A stretch of DNA of 64,000 nt from Gammaproteobacteria bacterium (GCA_047620145.1 JBLHKO010000002.1:19963-83962), one strand, 5' to 3'. Counted from the first letter of the stretch, positions 1 through 9,215 are shown. Program-made: numbers and translations. Notes: a model not told the origin generated them from the sequence alone.

Positions 1-125
1 TCCTTTAAGTCTCCCTTAAAAAATCTAGTGGCATCAAGCTAATGAATTAGCTTGTTAGAGTAAATTCCACTGCCTATTCTTTTTTCTGACTGCTACACTT
101 ATGTCATCTATTCAGGGCTTTAATC

Positions 126-1478
126 ATGAATGATCTGACACAAGGAAACGCACCCCAAGACACGGTATCGCAGCTGCACGAGCTGCTCACAAGCGAGTCA
201 CGTGATCACGTTCGCAAATTGTTAGCAGAAATGCATTCGTCAGAGATTGCAGATTTTCTGGAAAGCTTGCCAAGTAAACCCCGTGAAATCGTATGGAGCC
301 TGATCGATCCGGAGCGAGAAGGCGAACTCCTTACACATCTGCAAGGCGCAGTTCGTAGTGAACACCTCGAACAAATGCAGCCGCATGAGGTGGCTGCTGC
401 CACCAAGGATCTGCAGACTGACGATGTCGCCGACATTATTCAGGATCTACCAGAAGAAGTTCAGGAAACTGTTCTGCGTTCCATGGACGAACAAAATAGA
501 TTACGACTGTCTTCAGCTTTATCTTATCCTGAAGATTCTGCAGGCGGCCTGATGAATACGGATGTTATTCCTATACGCGCCGATGTCTCGCTGGATGTTG
601 TCATACGTTACCTCAGACGCTTAGAAAATATCCCTGAAAAAACAGATAACCTGATGGTCATCGACAGAGAAAGCCAATATTTAGGCACACTTTCAGTGAT
701 CGATATTCTAATTGGGAACTCAGAAACAAGCGTCGGAGAATTAATGAAAGAGGACACCGGCATCTCTGCCGATCTTTCCGCCAGTGAAGTTGCCAAAGTC
801 TTCGAACAACGAGATTTGGTTTCTGCCGCGGTCGTTAATGCCGAGGGAATGTTGCTCGGGCGTATTACGGTTGATGATGTGGTCGACGTGATTCAGGATG
901 AAGCGGAGCAAACCGTCAGAAACATGGCAGGTCTGGGTGATGAAGATATGTTCGCGCCCATATTTTCCAGTACTAAACGTCGAACCATCTGGCTTGGCAT
1001 CAATCTGGCAACCGCCTTTCTTGCCGCCTGGGTCATCGGCCGTTTTGAAGATACCATTGAACAACTAGTCGCACTTGCCGTGCTTATGCCTATTGTCGCG
1101 GGCATGGGGGGTGTTGCTGGTAGTCAAACCTTGACCATAGCCATTCGAGGGATTGCCATAGGTCAGTTGACTAAAAGCAATGCCAAAGCTTTGATGTTAA
1201 AAGAGGCCGCAGTGGGTCTTCTTAATGGCTTGATGTGGGCCTGCGTGGTTTCTGTCATTGTTATTTTCTGGTTTGATGACATTTCGCTGGGTTTAATTAT
1301 TGGTGTGGCAATGATTGTAAATTTGATTGTTGCTGCGTTGGCCGGGGCGGTGATTCCTTTGGCTTTGAAACGGTACGGGGTTGATCCGGCAATTGCTGGG
1401 GGCGTTTTGTTGACTACTGTAACTGATGTGGTTGGATTTATGACTTTTCTTGGATTGGCGACGATGTTTTTGGTTTAG
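126..1478 (+). CDS. mgtE: Magnesium transporter MgtE: N-terminal MgtE_N and CBS domains, C-terminal membrane domain
   Basis: A 450-aa ORF. Its domain order, two CBS-like segments followed by a hydrophobic C-terminal domain ending GVDPAIAGGVLLTTVTDVVGFMTFLGLA, is typical of MgtE. Confidence 0.85.
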   Translation: MNDLTQGNAPQDTVSQLHELLTSESRDHVRKLLAEMHSSEIADFLESLPSKPREIVWSLIDPEREGELLTHLQGAVRSEHLEQMQPHEVAAATKDLQTDDVADIIQDLPEEVQETVLRSMDEQNRLRLSSALSYPEDSAGGLMNTDVIPIRADVSLDVVIRYLRRLENIPEKTDNLMVIDRESQYLGTLSVIDILIGNSETSVGELMKEDTGISADLSASEVAKVFEQRDLVSAAVVNAEGMLLGRITVDDVVDVIQDEAEQTVRNMAGLGDEDMFAPIFSSTKRRTIWLGINLATAFLAAWVIGRFEDTIEQLVALAVLMPIVAGMGGVAGSQTLTIAIRGIAIGQLTKSNAKALMLKEAAVGLLNGLMWACVVSVIVIFWFDDISLGLIIGVAMIVNLIVAALAGAVIPLALKRYGVDPAIAGGVLLTTVTDVVGFMTFLGLATMFLV

Positions 1479-1486
1479 TGGTTGAT

Positions 1487-1536
1487 TTTCGTCATACCCA
1501 ATCAATTATCGTCATGCCGGCCTTGAGCCGGTATCC
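1487..1536. repeat. Short hairpin repeat unit: cgtcat followed by a GC-rich palindrome (catgccggccttgagccggtat)
   Basis: The 25-nt core cgtcatgccggccttgagccggtat recurs as its reverse complement at 63084-63110. Related 'cgtcat'+palindrome units are at 1490 and 62231. Confidence 0.6.
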
Positions 1537-1905
1537 AGTCAACCAATCTCGCCTGAAAGGCGAACATTAATTTATCTGTAAGACCTCTTCATTATCACAT
1601 TATCGGTTTCGTCTTCATGACGACTTACTTTTCTTTAAAGATAAGTAAGCAAAAGAACCTTTCCCTAATGTCTTCTCCTGCGGGTTCCTGAATTTAGCTT
1701 GATGGCCAACGCGCCGTCCACAGGCTCATCCCTGATCCGGTGGACTAAAAATCAGCCTATCCTTAACATTCTTACTTCACAGCGCTAAAGGAATAGAGAT
1801 GAAAAAACCTCACATCAAAGTTTCTTCTAAAAATGGCGCGCTTTTAGTTTATATATCCAATAAACGCGCCATTTTGGCTCACTATCAACAAGTTAGCTGT
1901 CAAAC

Positions 1906-2380
1906 ATGAACGATGATAAAAATTCAGCTGTTGGACTGACAAAAGTAATTTCAATTATATATTTCATGTTGGGACTAGAAATTTTTGTTGCAGTCTTTAA
2001 TGAGATAGAAATAAATGGAATGTTATTAAATTGGAAATACGATATATGGGCGCCAATATTAATAATGATTGTTGCATTGGGAACAATAAGAAAAACAAAA
2101 TGGAGCGATGGTCTTCTTCCCCATTATCCTTGGTCATCCTTATTGGTGCGCCCATTGGAACAATTTTAGGCGGTTTTATGCTCTGGCAATTAACCAAATA
2201 TCGTGCTGCGTTTACACGATGGTATTAGCAGCTAACGACCGGCTCAATATCAGCGCGCAAAAAGCAATACACTTGGGGGCAGACCACGTTTTTCGAGCCT
2301 TTGATTACCATGGCTCAAAACCAAGGGGTTTTCTCCCCTTATATCGTGCCGAGCAGATGAATGATTTTAAGGTTATTTGA
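1906..2380 (+). pseudogene. AT-rich segment holding three overlapping, frame-shifted ORFs (87, 65 and 90 aa) with transmembrane-like segments; possibly a decayed membrane-protein gene
   Basis: The ORFs at 1906-2169, 2031-2228 and 2108-2380 sit in three different frames. Each carries hydrophobic helix-like stretches. The AT content is locally high, and no single intact frame spans the segment. Confidence 0.25.
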
Positions 2381-2459
2381 ACAGGACGTTCAAATAAGCG
2401 GAACCAAGACAGGAGTCTTGTTTCCGCGACCTTAAGAAATCATGCATCTGTGAGGGAGT

Positions 2460-2635
2460 CCGCAGGACATGATCTCAGGGGTGTCTTTTTTTGATGTGTA
2501 GGACGCACGAATGTCGCGGGTGCATGGATGCACAAGAGCGACCCTGGGTACTTCATTTTTTGGACAAGCAAAAAAGAAGTGCCTCGCCGTTAAAAGGCGA
2601 AACCAAAGCTAAAACGAATCCTCGATTTCAAATCT
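2460..2635 (+). repeat. Left copy of an inverted repeat of about 170 bp; the core at 2488-2612 is nearly identical to the reverse complement of 63725-63852
   Basis: I aligned it directly against the reverse complement of 63700-63880. The stretch ctttttttgatgtgtaggacgcacgaatgtcgcgggtgcatggatgcacaagagcgaccctgggtacttcattttttggacaagcaaaaaagaagtgcctcgccg(t/c)taaaaggcgaaacc is shared, and similarity falls off toward both ends. Confidence 0.85.
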
Positions 2636-2697
2636 GCCAAAACATATACAATGGAATAATTGTTGACAGGCCGCATTTCTAGACGAGAATTAAATAA

Positions 2698-3258
2698 ATG
2701 ACAAATCTATACCAACTTCCCGATGACTTGCCTGTTCCGTTTGATGATGGGGCGTGTGATCATCTTGAGGGGATGTTGTTGCCTTCGTTGTTGCTTGAGA
2801 CCAGTTCTGGTCGTTCGCTGAATCTTTCAGAAGTAGAAGGCATTGTTGTTATTTTCTTTTATCCTATGATTGGAAGTCCTGATTCGCCGCCGATGGCGGA
2901 CTGGAATGATATTCCTGGCGCGAGGGGTTGTACGCCGCAGACATGTTCTTATCGGGATGCTTATCAGCAGTTAACAGAATTAGGCGCGCAGATTTTTGGA
3001 GCGAGTGCTCAGGCTATTGATGAACAGCGTGAGGCGGCATCGCGTTTAGAATTACCTTTTGAGCTTTTAAATGATTCTGCATTTGTGTTTACAGAATCGC
3101 TTAAGCTGCCCACGTTCGAGTATCATGGGATTAAAATGATCAAACGATTGACGCTTGTGATTGTTAGCGGTGTAATTCGGAAGGTATTTTATCCGGTGTT
3201 CCCGCCTAACGAAAATGTTGTTCACGTCTTGGCTTGGCTAAAGCAGGGAATGCATTAA
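2698..3258 (+). CDS. Peroxiredoxin-like thiol peroxidase (AhpC/TSA/Bcp-type redoxin)
   Basis: A 186-aa ORF. It carries a GCTPQTCSYRD motif that resembles the Bcp peroxidatic-cysteine motif (PGCT..C.FRD), within an overall thioredoxin-fold pattern. Confidence 0.55.
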   Translation: MTNLYQLPDDLPVPFDDGACDHLEGMLLPSLLLETSSGRSLNLSEVEGIVVIFFYPMIGSPDSPPMADWNDIPGARGCTPQTCSYRDAYQQLTELGAQIFGASAQAIDEQREAASRLELPFELLNDSAFVFTESLKLPTFEYHGIKMIKRLTLVIVSGVIRKVFYPVFPPNENVVHVLAWLKQGMH

Positions 3259-3312
3259 AATTAGTAAGCTAAAATTAGTAGCCGGAGACAGATCACTAAT
3301 TAATTAAAAATT

Positions 3313-3654
3313 ATGAATAACGAAGAAATAAAAACCGGATTGAGAAGGATCTGGGTGCGCTATGAGAATATGAAGTTTGCTGTCATAGCTGCAGCAATGC
3401 TAGCTATTCTTGGAACTGCGTTTCTTCGTGTCATTCCCTTATTAGGTATTGCCACTGAATTTTTTGCCTTCTTAATGGCTTATTATTTTTGGTTGCGCTA
3501 TTTTTCAAGCCCTTGCCCGAAATGCGGAGATAGATTCACTGGCCTCTGGGGTAAATCCTTGTTTGGGTTTGCTCGCCCTGCTAAATGTCAGAACTGTGGT
3601 CTTCCTGCAGGCGGTTGGTCTGAAGATATAAAGAAGCTCGATAAAAAACAATAA
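3313..3654 (+). CDS. Small membrane protein with a C-terminal zinc ribbon (CPKCG...CQNCG)
   Basis: A 113-aa ORF with two hydrophobic helices and then two CxxC pairs. Its coding orientation matches the neighbouring genes. Confidence 0.45.
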   Translation: MNNEEIKTGLRRIWVRYENMKFAVIAAAMLAILGTAFLRVIPLLGIATEFFAFLMAYYFWLRYFSSPCPKCGDRFTGLWGKSLFGFARPAKCQNCGLPAGGWSEDIKKLDKKQ

Positions 3655-3660
3655 CAAACT

Positions 3661-4038
3661 TTACCAGCTAAATAACACCCACTGCGGAACGATAATATCC
3701 TGATTGATATCGTTCGTGCTTCGCTCCATTTCCCCGTCACCATCCATGTCTATCAGATAATACGTTGGCCCAACGAAAGGCACGACTTTAACTTTATACA
3801 GATTACCGTTAACACGATATTCGGTAATGGTCGCATCTTCCTGGCGAATAATGGTTACTTCTGGCTCGAGAACAGCGCCACTTTCTACAGGATCAGGCAG
3901 ATCAGGCGGGGCGGGGGCGTCTACGAAAACAGGCGCATTTTCTTCTAGGTCAGCAGCAAGCACACAAACAGGCGCTAGCAACAGTGCGCTCAGGCTTAGA
4001 TACATGCTAAAGCTCAGTCTTGATAATATTTTTCTCAT
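3661..4038 (-). CDS. Secreted hypothetical protein with an N-terminal signal peptide
   Basis: A 125-aa ORF. Its signal peptide reads MRKILSRLSFSMYLSLSALLLAPVCVLAAD. The predicted mature protein is rich in Pro, Asp and Glu. Confidence 0.45.
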   Translation of the reverse strand: MRKILSRLSFSMYLSLSALLLAPVCVLAADLEENAPVFVDAPAPPDLPDPVESGAVLEPEVTIIRQEDATITEYRVNGNLYKVKVVPFVGPTYYLIDMDGDGEMERSTNDINQDIIVPQWVLFSW

Positions 4039-4307
4039 CTGCCTCTTCCTTTTCCGATAAACCCGTCATGGGTCTTATCAACCAACGCCAAGTGTAACAA
4101 AATCACTCTGTAAAACCATATCTATCCCATGAAATACCGCTTAAATATTCAATATAGTCCGAATCTAGTGTCCGAATAGATGGGCAGATTTTATTTGTTC
4201 ATTCATAATGCAGGCACACTAATTTCATCTTCGATAGACAGGGCCTCTACAGAAACTGTTTCGGGTAGTGTTACAGGAATTCGGCTTTATTAAAGACACA
4301 ATAAAAA

Positions 4308-5162
4308 ATGAACAATAAAAAATTCGTTCTGATCGACGGCTCATATTACATGTTCCGCGCTTATCACGGCATGCCCGAGCTAACCAATGGTAGCGGCGAG
4401 CCGACTGGGGCAATTTATGGTGTCATTAACATGGTGCGTAAGTTGTTTAATGAATACCAGCCCGATTATCTGGCCGTCATCTTTGATGCCAAAGGCAAAA
4501 CCTTTCGTAATGATCTCTATCCGGACTATAAAGCGCATCGTCCACCAATGCCGGACGATCTTGTCTGCCAGATAAGTCCCATCCACGATCTCATCCGTGC
4601 GCTCGGGATTCCTCTGTTGATGATTGATGATGTAGAAGCGGACGATGTTATCGGTACGCTGGCAACCCAGGCCAGCCAACAAGGCTTAAAAACTTATATC
4701 TCCTCCGGCGACAAGGATCTTGCGCAACTGGTGGATGATCACATCATTCTGGTCAACACCATGAGTAATGTGATTCTGGATCATAATGGTGTCGTCGAGA
4801 AATATGGTGTGCCGCCTTCGAGCATCATTGATTATCTCGCTTTAATGGGTGATAGCGCTGATAACGTCCCAGGCATCCCCAAGGTCGGCCCAAAGACCGC
4901 CGTCAAGTGGTTGGCTGAACATGGCTCTCTGGAGAAAATTGTTGAAAATGCCGATCAGATAAAAGGCAAGGTTGGAGAAAATCTGCGCGCCAACCTGGAG
5001 CAACTACATTTATCGAAAGAATTAGTCACGCTGAAGCTTGATGTTGAACTGGATTTCAAACCGCACGAGCTGGTGCAAACAACACCAGACAAAGATGCGC
5101 TCAGAGAGGCCTATACTCGCTGGTGTTTTTTTTGTTGGTTTTCTTATCTACACAACCCATAA
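4308..5162 (+). CDS. polA: DNA polymerase I, 5'-3' exonuclease (FEN) domain. It ends at an in-frame TAA between T8 and A7 homopolymers and continues in the same frame as the next ORF
   Basis: Residues 1-265 match the PolA 5' nuclease domain, including IDGSYYMFRAYH and GDSADNVPGIPKVGPKTA. The last ~12 residues, CFFCWFSYLHNP, read like homopolymer-run sequence. Confidence 0.85.
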   Translation: MNNKKFVLIDGSYYMFRAYHGMPELTNGSGEPTGAIYGVINMVRKLFNEYQPDYLAVIFDAKGKTFRNDLYPDYKAHRPPMPDDLVCQISPIHDLIRALGIPLLMIDDVEADDVIGTLATQASQQGLKTYISSGDKDLAQLVDDHIILVNTMSNVILDHNGVVEKYGVPPSSIIDYLALMGDSADNVPGIPKVGPKTAVKWLAEHGSLEKIVENADQIKGKVGENLRANLEQLHLSKELVTLKLDVELDFKPHELVQTTPDKDALREAYTRWCFFCWFSYLHNP

Positions 5163-5192
5163 AAAAAGAACGACTCTCGGCCGCAAACCAGA

Positions 5193-7112
5193 GTGCAGAC
5201 AGATCTGCCATCAGCCAAACCAAAACAGGAAACAGCTGCCGAAACCACTGTGCCCGCACACAAAAATAACCACAAAACAAAGATGGACATCAAAACCACC
5301 GATAAACAAGAATATGAAACCATCTTTACCTTAAAAGATCTGGATCGTTGGTTAGATAAACTGCAGCAGTCTGAGCTATTCGCTTTTGATACTGAAACAA
5401 CCAGTCTCGACTATATGCAGGCGCAGCTGGTTGGCGTTTCCTTTTCGACAACGCCAGGTGAAGCTGCCTATGTACCTGTCGGTCATGATTATGAAGGTGC
5501 GCCAGAACAGTTATCTCGTGACGTGGTCTTGGAAAAACTTCGGCCATTGCTTGAAGATCCCAATAAGGCCAAGCTGGGTCAGAACCTGAAATACGATAAA
5601 AATGTTCTGGCTAATTACGATATCCATCTGACCGGCATTGCCCATGACTCCATGTTGCAATCCTATGTGATAGACAGCACCGCCAGCCGTCATGACATGG
5701 ATACTCTGGCGTTAAATTATTTACAACGCAGCACCACACACTACGAAGATATTGCTGGCAAAGGAACGAAGCAAATTACATTCAACAAGGTGACTATCGA
5801 AGAGGCCGCGCCTTATGCTGCGGAAGATGCTGACATTACATTACAACTGCATCAGAATTTTTGGCCTGAACTACAAAAAAATAAAAAACTACAACATGTT
5901 TACGAGACCCTGGAAATTCCTCTTCTCTCGGTCTTGTCTCAGGTTGAGCGCAATGGCGTCATGGTTGACGCGGAGATGCTTGCTCAACAGAGTATTGAAC
6001 TCGAATCTCGCATGGGCGAGCTGGAACAGCAAGCACATGATCTGGCAAAACAAACATTCAATATTGCCTCACCGAAACAGATTCAAAAAATTCTCTACGA
6101 AGACATGCAATTACCAATCCTGGCAAAAACCCCAAAAGGGCAGCCGTCTACGGCAGAGTCTGTATTACAAGAACTGGCTCAAGATTATGATCTGCCTCGC
6201 TTGATTCTGGATCACCGTAGCCTGAGTAAATTGAAGAGCACCTATACGGATAAATTACCAGGACAAATCAATGCCGATACTGGCCGAGTACACACTTCTT
6301 ATCATCAGGCTGTTGCTGCGACAGGCCGTTTGTCATCTTCCGATCCAAATTTGCAAAACATCCCCATAAGAACTGAAGAAGGCCGACGTATCCGCCAGGC
6401 TTTTATCGCACCGCCAGATTGTGTATTGCTGGCAGCAGATTATTCCCAAATAGAGTTACGCATCATGGCACACCTTTCCCAAGATAAGGGGCTGTTAGAA
6501 GCCTTCAGTCAAAATGAGGATGTACATAGAAAAACAGCCGCTGAAGTTTTTTCGACGACAGTCGAGGAGGTAAGCAATGATCAACGACGCGCGGCCAAAG
6601 CGATTAATTTTGGTCTGATCTATGGCATGTCGCCCTTTGGCCTTGCCAAACAACTGGGCATTACTCGAAGTGAAGCCAAAGATTATGTCGATCGGTATTT
6701 TGAACATTATCCTGATGTTAAAAATTATATGGAAACAACCCGGGAACAAGCCAGAGAACAAGGCTATGTTGAAACCGTCTTTGGCCGCCGTTTATACTTG
6801 CCTGAAATTAATGCACGAAATGCCGCACGTCGACAATATGCCGAAAGAACCGCTATCAATGCGCCCATGCAAGGCACCGCCGCAGACATCATTAAACGTG
6901 CGATGATTGATATTCAGGACTATTTGAATAAAAATAATCCTGACATTAAACTCATCATGCAGGTACATGATGAATTAGTCTTTGAAATACCTGAAAACAA
7001 GATAGAGAGTCTAGAACCTGAAATCAGAAATATAATGACGCGTGCCGCAAAATTGTCTGTGCCATTATTGGTCGACATAGGAACCGGCAATAATTGGGAC
7101 GCAGCCCACTAA
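5193..7112 (+). CDS. polA: DNA polymerase I, 3'-5' exonuclease plus polymerase (Klenow-like) portion. It is in the same frame as 4308-5162 and separated from it by a single TAA
   Basis: It is near-collinear with the E. coli Klenow fragment, sharing FAFDTETTSLDYM, RLSSSDPNLQNIP, YSQIELRIMAHLS, QVHDELVFE and a C-terminal NWDAAH. The ORF finder uses a GTG start at 5193. An internal ATG at 5283 (MDIKTT...) aligns with the natural start of the Klenow fragment. Confidence 0.9.
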   Translation: MQTDLPSAKPKQETAAETTVPAHKNNHKTKMDIKTTDKQEYETIFTLKDLDRWLDKLQQSELFAFDTETTSLDYMQAQLVGVSFSTTPGEAAYVPVGHDYEGAPEQLSRDVVLEKLRPLLEDPNKAKLGQNLKYDKNVLANYDIHLTGIAHDSMLQSYVIDSTASRHDMDTLALNYLQRSTTHYEDIAGKGTKQITFNKVTIEEAAPYAAEDADITLQLHQNFWPELQKNKKLQHVYETLEIPLLSVLSQVERNGVMVDAEMLAQQSIELESRMGELEQQAHDLAKQTFNIASPKQIQKILYEDMQLPILAKTPKGQPSTAESVLQELAQDYDLPRLILDHRSLSKLKSTYTDKLPGQINADTGRVHTSYHQAVAATGRLSSSDPNLQNIPIRTEEGRRIRQAFIAPPDCVLLAADYSQIELRIMAHLSQDKGLLEAFSQNEDVHRKTAAEVFSTTVEEVSNDQRRAAKAINFGLIYGMSPFGLAKQLGITRSEAKDYVDRYFEHYPDVKNYMETTREQAREQGYVETVFGRRLYLPEINARNAARRQYAERTAINAPMQGTAADIIKRAMIDIQDYLNKNNPDIKLIMQVHDELVFEIPENKIESLEPEIRNIMTRAAKLSVPLLVDIGTGNNWDAAH

Positions 7113-7215
7113 ACAGGTATTATTCACCAAAATTATTATTCTAAACACACTAAAAAAAATAGAGCCCAAAAAACATAACCTAGGCAACTATATAATTACC
7201 TAACAGGATATAACG

Positions 7216-7974
7216 ATGCTTTTAATTCCAGCCATTGATATTAAAGACGGTAAATGTGTGCGCCTGAAACAGGGGCGCATGGACGACGAAACTATCTATG
7301 CAGACAATCCCCTGGATATGGCCAAACGCTGGGTTGATGCCGGCGCAAGACGCTTGCATCTGGTAGATCTGGATGGCGCGCTGGCAGGAAAACCGGTTAA
7401 TGCAAAGGTTGTACATGATATCGCTAAAGCCTATCCGGATATTCCGATTCAGATTGGCGGCGGCATTAGAGACGAGGAGACCATTCAAGCCTATCTCGAT
7501 GCGGGTGTCAGCTATGTCATTATCGGCACCAAGGCCGTAACCGCACCACACTTTGTTTCTGATGTTTGCCTGGAATTTCCCGGACACATTATCGTAGGCC
7601 TTGATGCCAAAAACGGGAAGGTTGCCACTGATGGCTGGTCAAAACTATCACATCATGACGTTAATGATATGGCCAAACATTTTCAAGATGATGGGGTGGT
7701 GTCAATTATATTTACCGACATTGGTCGTGACGGCATGATGAATAACGTCAATACAGAAGCAACCGTTGAGCTTTGCAAGCATATTTCTATTCCCGTGATT
7801 GCCTCCGGCGGCATTACAAACCTAGATGATATTCGTTCACTAGCCGCAGTTGCAGACGAAGGCATTGAAGGCGCTATTACGGGCAGAGCGATCTACGAAG
7901 GCACCCTTGATTTCGCCGAAGCACAAAAACTTGCTGACAAGATTTGCACCAATAAAAAAAATGACCTTAGCTAA
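7216..7974 (+). CDS. hisA: ProFAR isomerase, full name 1-(5-phosphoribosyl)-5-[(5-phosphoribosylamino)methylideneamino]imidazole-4-carboxamide isomerase
   Basis: It begins [20 protein letters not shown] and carries the HisA/HisF (beta/alpha)8 signature motifs. Confidence 0.9.
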   Translation: MLLIPAIDIKDGKCVRLKQGRMDDETIYADNPLDMAKRWVDAGARRLHLVDLDGALAGKPVNAKVVHDIAKAYPDIPIQIGGGIRDEETIQAYLDAGVSYVIIGTKAVTAPHFVSDVCLEFPGHIIVGLDAKNGKVATDGWSKLSHHDVNDMAKHFQDDGVVSIIFTDIGRDGMMNNVNTEATVELCKHISIPVIASGGITNLDDIRSLAAVADEGIEGAITGRAIYEGTLDFAEAQKLADKICTNKKNDLS

Positions 7975-8734
7975 ACGCATTATTCCTTGTCTCGATGTTG
8001 ATGCCGGTCGCGTGGTTAAGGGCGTTAAATTTTTAGACATAAGAGATGCTGGCGACCCTGTTGAAGTTGCACGACGTTATGACGAACAAGGGGCTGACGA
8101 AATAACTTTCCTGGACATTACGGCAAGCAGCGATGATCGCGAAACGATGGTTCATGTTGTTGAACAAGTTGCCAGTCAGGTGTTTATCCCGCTGACCGTT
8201 GGTGGTGGCATACGCACAATTGAAGACATCCGCCGCATGTTAATCGCAGGGGCGGATAAGATCAGTATCAATACAGCTGCGATTAAAAATCCTGATTTTG
8301 TTGGAGAGGCTTCATCGCGATTCGGCTCACAATGTATTGTGGTCGCCATCGACGCCAAGTGTATTTCCACAGAACCCCAGTCCAAGCGCTGGGAAATATT
8401 TACCCATGGGGGTAGAAACGCTACTGGTATAGACGCAATAGAATGGGCCATCAAAATGGAGCAACAGGGCGCTGGCGAGATATTACTGACCAGCATGGAT
8501 CGAGACGGTACACGCGACGGTTTTGATCTGGAGTTAACCAGGGCAATCAGTGAAGCCGTGAATATTCCCGTCATTGCATCTGGTGGCGTCGGAAATCTCG
8601 AACATCTGGCAGAGGGCGTGCTAGAAGGCAAGGCCGATGCAGTTTTAGCGGCCAGCATCTTTCACTTCGGAGAACATACCGTACAAGAAGCAAAGACTGT
8701 TATGAGTAATCGTGGGATTGAGGTACGTAATTAA
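7961..8734 (+). CDS. hisF: Imidazole glycerol phosphate synthase, cyclase subunit
   Basis: It begins [21 protein letters not shown] and contains VIASGG. The ATG at 7961 overlaps the end of hisA by 14 nt. The ORF finder's longer ORF (7850) runs into hisA. Confidence 0.9.
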   Translation: MTLAKRIIPCLDVDAGRVVKGVKFLDIRDAGDPVEVARRYDEQGADEITFLDITASSDDRETMVHVVEQVASQVFIPLTVGGGIRTIEDIRRMLIAGADKISINTAAIKNPDFVGEASSRFGSQCIVVAIDAKCISTEPQSKRWEIFTHGGRNATGIDAIEWAIKMEQQGAGEILLTSMDRDGTRDGFDLELTRAISEAVNIPVIASGGVGNLEHLAEGVLEGKADAVLAASIFHFGEHTVQEAKTVMSNRGIEVRN

Positions 8735-9136
8735 ATGTCTTCCCCAAAGACAGAGGCATGGTTAGACGCAGTAAAGTGGAATAATGACGGTCTGGTTGCT
8801 GTGATTGCCCAGGATTTTAACTCAGGCGATGTCTTGACTCAGGCCTGGATGAGCCGCGAAACACTGGCCCTGACAGAAGCAGAAGGCCGCGCAGTCTATT
8901 GGTCTCGATCGCGAAAGAAAATCTGGTACAAAGGTGAAGAATCTGGACATGAGCAAATCATCAAGGAAATTCTTCTTGATTGTGATAATGATGCATTGCT
9001 CTTGAAAGTAGAACAGATGGGCGGAATTGCTTGCCACACAGGACGTGCCCGGTGCTTTCACCAACGACTTGAAGACGGTCGTTGGGTAACAATAGAACCA
9101 GTGATAAAAGATCCAAAAGACATTTATAAGAAATAA
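8735..9136 (+). CDS. hisI: Phosphoribosyl-AMP cyclohydrolase
   Basis: A 133-aa ORF with the HisI motifs YWSRSR..LW.KGE.SG. It starts immediately after the hisF stop. Confidence 0.85.
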   Translation: MSSPKTEAWLDAVKWNNDGLVAVIAQDFNSGDVLTQAWMSRETLALTEAEGRAVYWSRSRKKIWYKGEESGHEQIIKEILLDCDNDALLLKVEQMGGIACHTGRARCFHQRLEDGRWVTIEPVIKDPKDIYKK

Positions 9137-9215
9137 GATCTGTAAATAGGCCCTCCTCAGCGATACAATCGCTCAAACGGTATCAAAATATTCTCATTAA
9201 TCGTGGACTTCAAAC

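Noticed and set aside
2491-2682. 63-aa ORF (MMCRTHECRGCMDAQERPW…)
   Set aside because: It lies entirely inside the left copy of the large inverted repeat. Its mirror ORF at 63805-63996 lies in the right copy. Both are low-complexity read-throughs of the repeat, not genes.
5038-5334. 98-aa ORF in the +1 frame across the polA linker
   Set aside because: It is an out-of-frame read-through of the homopolymer region between the two polA parts. It is basic, low-complexity and non-homologous to anything. It is relevant only as an indicator of possible indels there.
7222-7587. 121-aa ORF antisense to hisA
   Set aside because: It is embedded in hisA.
8176-8658. 160-aa antisense ORF inside hisF
   Set aside because: It is fully embedded, antisense to a strongly supported gene. 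It is Ala/Ser/Pro-rich, typical of GC-skewed antisense frames.
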